A stretch of 62,911 nucleotides of DNA, counting the filler, from Saprolegnia diclina VS20 (taxonomy: Eukaryota): assembly GCF_000281045.1 (NCBI RefSeq). It is 5 parts of 2 records of this genome, joined end to end, with 100 filler letters (N's around TTAATTAATTAA, not from the genome) between each part and the next. Parts side by side here need not be neighbours in the genome. Positions count along the whole stretch, not along the records: positions 51,286 to 62,911 come from NW_008246142.1; 4 more parts are not named here. One strand, written 5' to 3'. Positions 54,570-62,911 of this stretch are shown in pieces. The position numbers and the translations under genes are program-made. A model generated the notes under the pieces. That model saw only the letters and a list, made by a program, of their open reading frames with translations, was not told the DNA's origin and did no database searches. The stretch's first letter is position 1. The number at the start of each line of letters is the position of its first letter.

Positions 54570-55448
54570 GGCGACTGCTGCTGCTGCTGCTCAAGCAAGT
54601 TGGGTTGTGCGTGCTGAGGGCCGTCGCTGCGTCGGGTGTTGTAATCGCGACCGGCTCTGTAACACTCGGTCGCACCAATGGCCTTTCACTGTCTCCACCT
54701 CGCCAGCCAATGAAAACGCGGGCTCCTTCCCGAAGTTCGAAGATCGAACGCGACCAGAAGGTGCCTCAAAACCAAGTGCAATCTCGGTAACGCGCCCGAG
54801 CTTCTACTTTGGAAGCGGCCACCCGAGGCGGACCCAAGTGCAGAAAGAACTCCATCGTCCTCAGCAGTCACGTAGTAAGTACACTGTACATCCCTAAACA
54901 CTGCGTTCTTATAATGTTCTTCGTAGTCTTTAAACGGCCCGAGATTCCTGTCGACAGAAGGCGACGATGCCAGTACCGTTGGCGCCATTCCCGGATCCGC
55001 CCTCCCGCAACGTCCGCATCGCTGCAACGTGCGCGAATCTCTGCACGCGGCGCCAAAAGATATTGCGCCGTGTCGCATGCGTTCGATCGTGCCGACGATC
55101 GGGCGTGGCAAGCCGTCGTCGACACTGTCGTCGACTGGCAAGAACCCGTGGCGTCAGCTAGTAGGTGCGTCGCGGCCCCAGAGTGGACCGTACGTGGCAT
55201 GGTCGTAAGAGCGTCGTCGGTAGAGGACCGAAGGCCCGTCCTTGCAGTACAGCGATCAGACGTGGCAAGGCTGCAACGCATTGTGGAGACTGATAGGCGC
55301 GTGACCAACGACCGCCACTGTTGGGCGACAGCGTGCGGCTGCAAAAACCAAGCATAACGCTAGTTAACACTGCGTGGAGTACCGGTAGTAATACTGCATC
55401 ACAATATGGATACAAAGAGTACAGCCAAGGTTACGAGCGTGAGTTGGT

Positions 55449-57143
55449 TTAGTTGGTGGCGAAGGCCATTGGCCACTTGTGTGACGCCTTGGTCTTGTCG
55501 CAGTAGTCGAGGTGCGTCTTGCCGTTTGCGAGCGTGTCGAGACAGAGACCGAGCTTGGACGCATGCATCCACTGGCCAGTCACGTCGTTGTGCTGCCACT
55601 TTTGGTTGGCGTTGGCGTTGTCGCAGTCGTACACGTGGACGGCGACGTCGTTCTCGGTCTGGTAGCCGTCGAGGCACTTGCCCGAGCTCTTGGACTTGAG
55701 CGTCTGGTGGAGCGGGTCGTAGAACCAGACTGCGTTGTCCTTGTACTTGACGTCCGAGGTCGCGACCACGTCGCCGTACCATTCGTAGAGGTACGTGTTG
55801 CTCTTCCCGAGCGTGATGGCCTCGGCCGCGACCGGGCGCGCCGCAAACTTTTGGTTCGGACCGTCGTAGCACCACCACATGGCCACCTTGTCGTCCTGAC
55901 TCGGGTCGACGTCCATGCACTGGTTGGCGCCGTTGAGGTTCGTGAGATGGCCATCGTCCGACATCTTCCACTTCTGGTTGGCGTTCTCGGCCGAGCACGC
56001 GTACACGTGCACGCTGAGCGCGTTGTTGCTATCGCCGTACGCGTCCAAGCACTGGTTGGAGCTCTTGGAGTAGTACGTCTGCGAGTCGGGCTGGTAGAAC
56101 CAGAGCTCGTTGTCGAGGTTCTTGCCGAGACCGGACGCTGGCGCTTCCACGAGAAGCGCGTTCCAGTTGGCCGGGTCGACCTTGAGCACCTTGTCGCCGT
56201 GGAAGAGGCGCGTCGCGATCGGCTTGCTCCCGACGTGGACGTTGGCAATGTCGGGCTTCATGTTGGCGTTGCCGTCAAACATGCCAAACGTCTTCTCGAC
56301 GAGGTCGGCGTCGTGGACAAGGTCGATGGCCGAAAAGTAGTAGTAGTTGATGTTCTGCTTCTCGGCAAACGAGAGAAAGTCCTTGGCGTAGCGCGCCTGG
56401 GCGTCCGGCGAGGCTTCGGCGACGAGGTCCTTGTCGTCGCCGGCGCTCCAGCCCGTCTCGGAGATCATGACGGGCTTGCCGGCGGCTTTGGCCTGCTTGG
56501 TCACATCGCCCCAGTGCCCAAAGAGCGTGCTGACGCCGTCGACGGCCTTGACGTTTTCCCACATGGAGAACTGGTTGACCGAGACGACGTCGACGGCTTC
56601 GTAGAGCTCCGGGAAGAGGTTGTATCCGTCCATGACGTCGGCGACCGTCACGGGGATGTTGATCTTGTTTTCGCGCAAGTACGCCCGGACGCGCTTCATT
56701 TGCTCGATGAGCCAGTTGACGCCCGTCTTGTCGGCCTTGTCGTGCTTGCCCTGGATGTACCAGCGGTAGAGCACCTCGCTGCCGATCTGGATGCCGGCGA
56801 CGTTGTCGTTGCGGATCTTCTTGCTCTGCACGAGCTGCTTGAGGTTGTTGAACTCGCCGTCAAACGCGTGCGTGTACGTCAGATCGGACCAAAGACCGAC
56901 CCAGACCTTCATGTTGTTCTTGGCTGCCGCATCGAGAACATCGGACGTGCACGCCGTCGCGTACACGCGGATCGCGTCGGTCGTCGCCTTGAAGGCCGCG
57001 ACTTCGCGCTGGATCTGCCACGGTTGCTTGCAGCCGCTGCCCGACGCCGGCTTGACGTCGTAGTTGAGGCCGTAGAACTTGCGATCGAGCGCCGCGACAT
57101 GGCCCGCGGCGAGCGCGAGAAGGAGCACAGAGGGTACTTTCAT
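55449..57143 (-). CDS. Secreted GH17 + two ricin-B (CBM13) domains, tandem paralogue
   Basis: MKVPSVLLLALAAGHVAA; IGSEVLYR; MISETGW; long blocks shared with 52827-54569. Confidence 0.92.
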   Translation of the reverse strand: MKVPSVLLLALAAGHVAALDRKFYGLNYDVKPASGSGCKQPWQIQREVAAFKATTDAIRVYATACTSDVLDAAAKNNMKVWVGLWSDLTYTHAFDGEFNNLKQLVQSKKIRNDNVAGIQIGSEVLYRWYIQGKHDKADKTGVNWLIEQMKRVRAYLRENKINIPVTVADVMDGYNLFPELYEAVDVVSVNQFSMWENVKAVDGVSTLFGHWGDVTKQAKAAGKPVMISETGWSAGDDKDLVAEASPDAQARYAKDFLSFAEKQNINYYYFSAIDLVHDADLVEKTFGMFDGNANMKPDIANVHVGSKPIATRLFHGDKVLKVDPANWNALLVEAPASGLGKNLDNELWFYQPDSQTYYSKSSNQCLDAYGDSNNALSVHVYACSAENANQKWKMSDDGHLTNLNGANQCMDVDPSQDDKVAMWWCYDGPNQKFAARPVAAEAITLGKSNTYLYEWYGDVVATSDVKYKDNAVWFYDPLHQTLKSKSSGKCLDGYQTENDVAVHVYDCDNANANQKWQHNDVTGQWMHASKLGLCLDTLANGKTHLDYCDKTKASHKWPMAFATN

Positions 57144-57168
57144 GCTGATGTGGTTGTGTCGGAGACGG

Positions 57169-57185
57169 AAAGTTGTGGAATGAGC
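57169..57185 (-). promoter_or_regulatory. Oomycete Inr/FPR core promoter motif
   Basis: GCTCATTCCACAACTTT on the minus strand, 25 nt upstream of ATG 57143; also supports that start choice. Confidence 0.65.
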
Positions 57186-58670
57186 TTTTACAGCGGTTGC
57201 AATCGCGCGGTTGCAGTGACTCACGCGCCACCGGGTCAGGTGTGGGTGTTGGAAAAAATGACAATGTTTTCCGGTAGGATGCAAGGCCGGATCGAAGCCT
57301 GGTTTTGAAGAGAATAGACTCTTCTAGGATACAATTAGGACTAGGACAATTCCGATCGGAAAATGCTTGGTATGTGCAACGTAGTTCGAAGCTGTAGACC
57401 ACAGCTTGAGCACACGGTTTGTATGCACAATCGAAGTTAAAATAGACAAAGGCGACCAGGTGCAACGGATCTCTGAGGTTACACGCTGATGTTTGCGACA
57501 CGACGGCAAGCTTTGGCGTTGGCGCACGCCACGCCGCTGCACCGACGACGCTGCATCCATGCGTGAGTGCGAAAGCGGCAAGATGAACCCGACGAAAGGG
57601 TACGAGTCGCCCGCATCAGCCTGCCCCAGCGACGGCGGCTGCCACGGGCTTGCCGCTCGTTGTAATAGATCGAGTCCATCGAACAGCAAACGCCTTTCGC
57701 AGGCGGAGGTGGTCAACGACGACGATTCAGAGGCGACTGTACATCGTACTCGAATTTTGACCAAGACATTCAGTAGCCGCAATATTCCAGCGTTGCGTCA
57801 TCCAAATATGCAGCCATACAGAGCCACGACGACGGGTACGAGCGGTCGTGGCTACATCGTGTTACCTCGGCCGATACTAACTGTAGCAAGCGCGCACGCC
57901 TCTACGTGGGCGAAACACACGACCAGCGCAATTGGTGATGCATTGGATTGAATAGAGTGCTGAAGGGAAGAAGTCATGGTCGATCGATTCAAAATCGTGG
58001 CATGCGGAGGACGCAGCGTTATCGCGTGACGCACGCAGCGGTTTCAGCTCCGTGTCACCGGCGATGATGTAACCGCCAGAGCCAAAACAAAGCTCCTGCG
58101 ACCTACAATATGGTCCAAGACCAGGAATCTGACATACCAACAACTCGGTGGCTCATGCTATTCATTATGTCCTGATCATAGCGTACTAGGACGTGAATCG
58201 ATGCTTGTTGGTAGGCAAACGCGCCGTCGCTGCTGCTAATCACAGCTCTACTCGGCTGGATGGCCTCCTAGTACAGTTCCAGACTGCACTGTGCGCGAGC
58301 TTTGGTGATGCAGTGAGGGCTCCCATGACGTTGCGCAACCTCAAACGAGTGTGCGGGATGTTCGAATACCATTGCAGTGATGCACTGTGTCATCGTGACG
58401 TAAGGTACATCGCCATGCGCGAAATGCCTCTCCATTTAAGTTTCCTCTTGTTGGTCGCCTTGCCGGGTTCGCGCGCTTTTGCAATACAAAGAACGAGTGC
58501 ATTGCTTCACGTCTAGCACACGTTCCACGTTCCTGCGAGCCCACCCCATGGGGCGGGACCTGCCAAAGTTGTGTATATATTGGTATGAACTGCCTCGTAC
58601 ATGAAGCGCAATTGTATACCTACTGTGATCAACCCTTGGATGAAAGCGCACACTAAGAATTTTAGTGCGT

Positions 58671-58717
58671 AGTCGGCGGGGCTCAGATCTTAGTCTAAGA
58701 TCAGAGCCCCGCCGACT
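58671..58717. repeat. 47-bp near-perfect palindrome (23-bp arms, 1-nt spacer, one mismatch)
   Basis: AGTCGGCGGGGCTCAGATCTTAG-T-CTAAGATCAGAGCCCCGCCGACT. Confidence 0.92.
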
Positions 58718-59018
58718 GCTGGACTATCATGTACGTTACTAGTACTCTTTACCGGAGGTAGTTTGCAAAGGAGGCAGAAGCCAAACGCAGGGGTTGGGTT
58801 TGCGTTCTTTTGCTGGTTGTCGTTACTCTTGCAACAACGGTGTCGTTCAAAAGATCGCGCCATTTCGGGCAAGTTCCGTTGCTGGCTTGGCGCAAAGCGA
58901 TGTGATTGGCTTCGAGAGCCGGATACGATCGCCACATTATCCAATCCGGGTCCGTGTCCGGATACGGAAGCTTTCGAAAGTTGCTGCAAAGAGGATCGCA
59001 ACTGCCTCACGGGCACGC

Positions 59019-59461
59019 ATGCTCTGCGACGACTGCAAGAAGAACAGCGTCACGGTGTTCCGGCCAAAAGCCGGCGGCCTTGCATTGTGCGCCAACTGCC
59101 GCAAGCGCCGCAAGGCGGAGGGCACCACCGCTTCAGCTGCCGCCGGCGCCCGGCCCGCGGTTGCAGGCCCAGCCTCGGTGGCCCCGCTGCCACTGACGTT
59201 GATTGCTGCACCCGTGACGTTTGTCGCTATTGCACCCACAACCTTGGCTTCGGCGCCGTCGCTGACGTCAATGAACGCGTCAACGAAATCGCCCATGGAT
59301 TCGGATGCCGTCGCGCCGCACCCGCCGATGTCGAGCGATATTGAGATGCTGCTGGCCGAGATCTATCGGCTCCGAACCGTCGAACGCTTGCAGCACAAGC
59401 AAGTGTGCAACCAACACGAGCAGGTGCTGGCGCTGGGCAAAGCTGCTGCCCACCAGAAGCA
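59019..59461 (+). CDS. GATA-like C-x2-C-x17-C-x2-C zinc-finger protein, 3' end lost in gap
   Basis: CDDCKKNSVTVFRPKAGGLALCANCRKRRK, an Ala/Pro linker, then a helical region running into the N gap. True start uncertain. Confidence 0.55.
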
Positions 59462-59561
59462 NNNNNNNNNNNNNNNNNNNNNNNNNNNNNNNNNNNNNNN
59501 NNNNNNNNNNNNNNNNNNNNNNNNNNNNNNNNNNNNNNNNNNNNNNNNNNNNNNNNNNNNN

Positions 59562-60069
59562 CGAAGTTGCGCTCTACGACCGCTGCGACAGCGTACCACT
59601 GAGTGAGATCCAAGGGAACAACCAAGTTTTCTTCCCTTGGTGAGGTCGTTGCCTGCCAGCTCTGGCGCCTGCTGGGCCACGTGTTCGTCAGAGACGTCCT
59701 GGCCAACATGGCTGCTGACCGCTTCTTCGCCACGTCCGCCCGTTTTTAGGGCGCGCCAAGATCATGCCGCCGATCTCCTGCACTGCGACCTTCAGTCGCT
59801 GACTTCGCCTCAGTCGCTGGCATCTCTCGAGGACCTTGAGAAAAAATGCTCGGCTTTGCCGCCGATCGCGAAGACTGGAAGGACAAAGCTTGTCGTCATG
59901 GGCCTCACCCGCGGCCGCAAGCGTCCTCGAACGACGACAGAAGAGCAAGATGAGCCCCCGCGCCGCCGCCTGACCTCCGCAGCCACGGCCTTGAGCGAAT
60001 GACGAAGAAGGAGATGGCTAGTCTCTACGTATGCCAAGTCTATGTAACAACAAAGATAACGCGAAACAC
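59562..60069 (+). mobile_element. Degenerate RTE-like LINE 3' fragment (second copy)
   Basis: ALYDRCDSVPLSE/VV..WRLLGHV..ADRFFA..DLQSLTSPQSLASLEDLEK. DNA homology with 26642-27006 runs through AAGATAACGCGAAACAC. Confidence 0.8.
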
Positions 60070-60704
60070 TTTGCGCAGCCTTGACGTCCCTTTGAAATAG
60101 GAGGTACAATTAGATGACAAAGAGAGACCCTTGAAAAGCCCGAGCTACCCTTCAGTTGCCTCGGACGGGCGATAGCGCAGATGTGCGACTCCAGCCGAGA
60201 GATCGTCGCTTGCGGCTCTATAATCGTGCTCATGGCAGCAGCGCAGTACACCGAAAGCAGCTGTGCGTGACGGCGCTGCATGTTGTCGACTTGCTTTATG
60301 CGGACTTGCACTTTGGCTGCGAGCGTCGCTTTAGAGGCTGTGAGATCGACTGCGATCACCGCGTTTTCCTTGCGCAGCTGGAAAGCGATGGCTTGTTGCA
60401 CAGTCGAGTCGCGTTGCAGCAGGGAGATAGCTTGCTTCTGGTGGGCAGCAGCTTTGCCCAGCGCCAGCACCTGCTCATGTTGGTTGCATCCATCGGCCAG
60501 CAGCATCTCAATTTCGTCACACGTGCGGTGGTCCACCGAGGCGTCGTGCTGGTCTTTCTCGACATCTTTCTTTTCGGCCGCACTGCTGCCGCTGGTAGCC
60601 CCTAAGCTCGCGCCGCGATGTCTGTGGCTACATCTTGAGCAATATATGCTGACAGTCGTATCGCCCCGCGTATGGCGGCGCGGCCCACGCCAAGGTGCGT
60701 CCAT
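60018..60704 (-). CDS. Coiled-coil ORF paralogous to the C-terminal part of the GATA-like gene (may be a pseudogene; limits uncertain)
   Basis: IEMLLA..CNQHEQVLALGKAAAHQK shared; 60433-60512 is an inverted copy of 59340-59461 with a net 42-bp deletion. Confidence 0.45.
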   Translation of the reverse strand: MDAPWRGPRRHTRGDTTVSIYCSRCSHRHRGASLGATSGSSAAEKKDVEKDQHDASVDHRTCDEIEMLLADGCNQHEQVLALGKAAAHQKQAISLLQRDSTVQQAIAFQLRKENAVIAVDLTASKATLAAKVQVRIKQVDNMQRRHAQLLSVYCAAAMSTIIEPQATISRLESHICAIARPRQLKGSSGFSRVSLCHLIVPPISKGRQGCAKCFALSLLLHRLGIRRD

Positions 60705-61730
60705 CTCGGTGCGCGGCAGACGGGGATGGTGAAGACCTTCCGGTACTTGTGCGGGCCTAATCGGTTGTTGTCCGAGTCCGTACGCCGCGTGGTCACGATG
60801 CCGCCGCTGTCACCACCAAATGCACCGAGTTGGCGTCGGTGGTAGCCGTGGTCACTCACTTTCCTCCTTTTGGCGTCGAGCCTTTTTTAGCTCGACAAGG
60901 TCCAGCATCAAGTTATTGTCGTCGTCCGACTCGGTGGTGCTGCTGCCGTTCACCGCCGCGTCCTTGCCGTCGTCGTGCGAGTCGCTCGCTGCGATGTCTA
61001 CAACATCCACGCACTCCATGGCGGCCGCGTCCACGGCGCCGCTCGTGTCGTAGTAAAGAACCGCGAGGCCGTCGCCCGACACCACCACGCTGCACAGACG
61101 CCCGTCCTTTCGCCCTACACGAGCGCCGCTCCGTGTTTTTATACACTGGACGACGACAAAGGTGTGTCGGGTGTAGAAACCCTAGCCCTTTCGTTCGGTG
61201 CAGGTTTCGCCAGTGTGACGGGCCTGCCGTCCGTGGCGCGGGAGAGCCGAATGGGTGCGGCGCGACGTCGAGGTACCTGGCGACACACGCTGCCACCGAC
61301 GCGCGCGCTGGCCGCCGACAAGGCCAGCGTAAACGTGCGTTTGGGTGCACCGTCAAGGACGATGCAAGGAACGAACTTGACCTTCCGCGGCGCCGCCGGA
61401 GGCTAGTGACAAACGCCATGAACGTCACCGTAGTGGCATGCTGCACCTCATGAACGCGCTGCCCAAGACGAAGCAGCCGCTGCGCCCGGGCTCGCGCTTG
61501 AGATAACGACACGATCGGTTGCGCGCCCGCCTCCGCAAGCGGTACACACTCCTGAGAGCGGCAGCTAACGGACGAACAATTGCTAAAGTATGTTCTGCAG
61601 GCTGTAGACTACGCGAATGGTCGACAGTCGTGCGCGCTGCTGAGCGTGGCGGACAGCGACGCCATGCTCCTGAGGTCAAACTGCCATGAAATACGATCGG
61701 ATGTTACGATGTTACGAAAGCATAAAGCGC

Positions 61731-62393
61731 TCACTTGGGCACCTTGGTGATGGTGTACTGCGCGGACCAGTCGCCCACGGGCTCCTTGACGAACGCCGTA
61801 TACGGGAAATAGGGATTCGTCGAGGCGCAGTTGTTGCACACGCCGATGAACTTGGAGCTGGCACTGTTGCGCAGCGCCACGCGACCGTTGCCAGCGTCCA
61901 TGCACGTCCACTGCGCATCCTTCGTGCTCGACCAGTCCGAGATGTAGGCGAAGGCCGAGTCGAGGCCGTCGTTCTTGTGGCAGTTGAAGCAGCGCGCGAG
62001 GTACATGCCGTTCTCAGACTTGAAGGCAAAGTCACCGGCGACGTCCGTGTGCACCACGGTCCAAACGGACTTGGGGTTGGGCGTCGTCGTGTCAAAGACG
62101 ACGGCGCCGGGGTACTTGCTGTTGCGAATGCAGCCGTCGCAACGCGAGACGTAGTTGTTACCCCAGGCCATCGTGATCGCGGTGCCGTTCGCCAGCTCGC
62201 AGGGACCCGCCGTCGGTGTGGGCGTCGGGGCGAGCGTCGGGGCAAGCGTCGGGGCAAGCGTCGGGGCAAGCGTCGGGGCAAGCGTCGGGGCAAGCGTCGG
62301 GGCGGGCGTCGGTGTCTCGCCGCAGGCCGCAATGTCCGTGCCGGCGACGACCGTGACGAGGACGGCAAGCGAGGTCAGAAGCGTAGACGACAT
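61731..62393 (-). CDS. Secreted protein with PTLA linker and a three-repeat beta-trefoil (fascin-like) domain carrying CxxC motifs
   Basis: Signal peptide; (PTLA)6; repeats NYVSRCDGC..W, MYLARCFNC..QW and KFIGVCNNC..QY. Confidence 0.8.
   Translation of the reverse strand: MSSTLLTSLAVLVTVVAGTDIAACGETPTPAPTLAPTLAPTLAPTLAPTLAPTLAPTPTPTAGPCELANGTAITMAWGNNYVSRCDGCIRNSKYPGAVVFDTTTPNPKSVWTVVHTDVAGDFAFKSENGMYLARCFNCHKNDGLDSAFAYISDWSSTKDAQWTCMDAGNGRVALRNSASSKFIGVCNNCASTNPYFPYTAFVKEPVGDWSAQYTITKVPK
62222..62312. repeat. 12-bp coding minisatellite GCGTCGGGGCAA, about 7.5 copies
   Basis: Encodes the PTLA repeats on the minus strand. Confidence 0.95.
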
Positions 62394-62402
62394 GGCGCGT
62401 GG

Positions 62403-62418
62403 GAAATTGGAAAATGGG
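62403..62418 (-). promoter_or_regulatory. Oomycete Inr/FPR core promoter motif
   Basis: CCCATTTTCCAATTTC on the minus strand just upstream of ATG 62393. Confidence 0.6.
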
Positions 62419-62611
62419 ATTCAATATGTACATATCCAAGCATGGTCCGAAGAGAGGGATCGGGTGCAATCACTTCACTATCAGTCGAGCTATCAGGCGT
62501 GCTGTGACAGCTTTCGGTACATAGTACAGAATGCTATCACAGTACAACTGATAGCTATTACATTGTAATAGTGTTTCGCGACAATCCACCTACCGTGGAT
62601 GTCACTCGTAC

Positions 62612-62646
62612 AGCAGGGAGAGCTAGCAGGGAGAGCTAGCAGGGAG
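62612..62646. repeat. 13-bp tandem repeat AGCAGGGAGAGCT, about 2.7 copies
   Basis: Directly visible. Confidence 0.85.
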
Positions 62647-62911
62647 GTAAATCGATTGTTGGAGTAGGCAGTAGTAATGCTGGTTGTGAGCCCAGGGACT
62701 TCACTTGGATGTACATGTAATAATAAGCTTATACACCAAGTATGCGTATGAAAGCTGTGGATATTTGGGTGGGGAATATATAAGCCAAATATGGTGTCTT
62801 CGACAGCTCGAATACGGACTGATAGGAAGCAAACTCAGCGCTCGTTCGTTGTGTGGTGATGCACAGCGCTCATTGCACGTCTAGCACGAGAAAAAGACCC
62901 GCCCATGTATC

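Noticed and set aside
14810..57143. A beta-glucan gene cluster linking GH16 and GH17 genes
   Set aside because: They are over 30 kb apart and separated by three artificial linkers.
52950..57308. Long plus-strand ORFs (555 and 598 aa) antisense to the GH17 genes
   Set aside because: Shadow ORFs from strong GC3 codon bias; V/R/L/D-rich with no motifs. The same applies to 47726-48619 and 44820-45842.
59637..60002. 121-aa ORF as the C-terminus of the GATA-like gene
   Set aside because: It is homologous to the LINE fragment at 26642-27006.
60852..61665. Possible spliced minus-strand gene
   Set aside because: Plausible splice sites exist, but there is no recognisable domain and several alternative models fit.
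1..62911. rRNA, tRNA, CRISPR arrays or prokaryotic operons
   Set aside because: None recognised by eye; tRNAscan-SE and Infernal would be needed to exclude small RNAs.

Overview
This is eukaryotic genomic DNA, most likely from a saprolegnialean oomycete (Saprolegnia-like). The basis is GC-rich coding regions, many short GT-AG introns of about 42-55 nt, oomycete Inr/FPR-like promoter motifs and gene families typical of that lineage. The window is stitched. Four 100-bp N44-TTAATTAATTAA-N44 linkers and four plain N gaps split it, so gene order across gaps is not proven. Housekeeping genes: a BPNT1/inositol-monophosphatase-family phosphatase, a divergent DAACS transporter, ECI2 and the 5' part of SMC6. 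Secreted or surface genes: a membrane-anchored triple-GH16 protein with only one intact active site, eight 4-Cys elicitin-like genes (seven in a 7-kb array with soluble and tail-anchored forms), two GH17 + ricin-B lectin paralogues, a fascin-like protein, two paralogous two-repeat multi-TM proteins, a related single-unit multi-TM protein and a receptor-like TKL pseudokinase. Other genes: an IQ/WW + trypsin-like + FN3 + ARM multidomain gene, a C3H zinc-finger repeat protein and a GATA-like finger gene. Mobile DNA: an internally deleted Harbinger/PHIS-type transposon (TIRs, AGT TSD), two RTE-like LINE 3' fragments (one with an 11-bp TSD) and a gypsy gag remnant. The best leads are the 4-Cys elicitin-like array, the IQ/WW-protease-FN3-ARM protein and the triple-GH16 protein. 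All gene models were spliced and all families assigned by eye; no database search was run.
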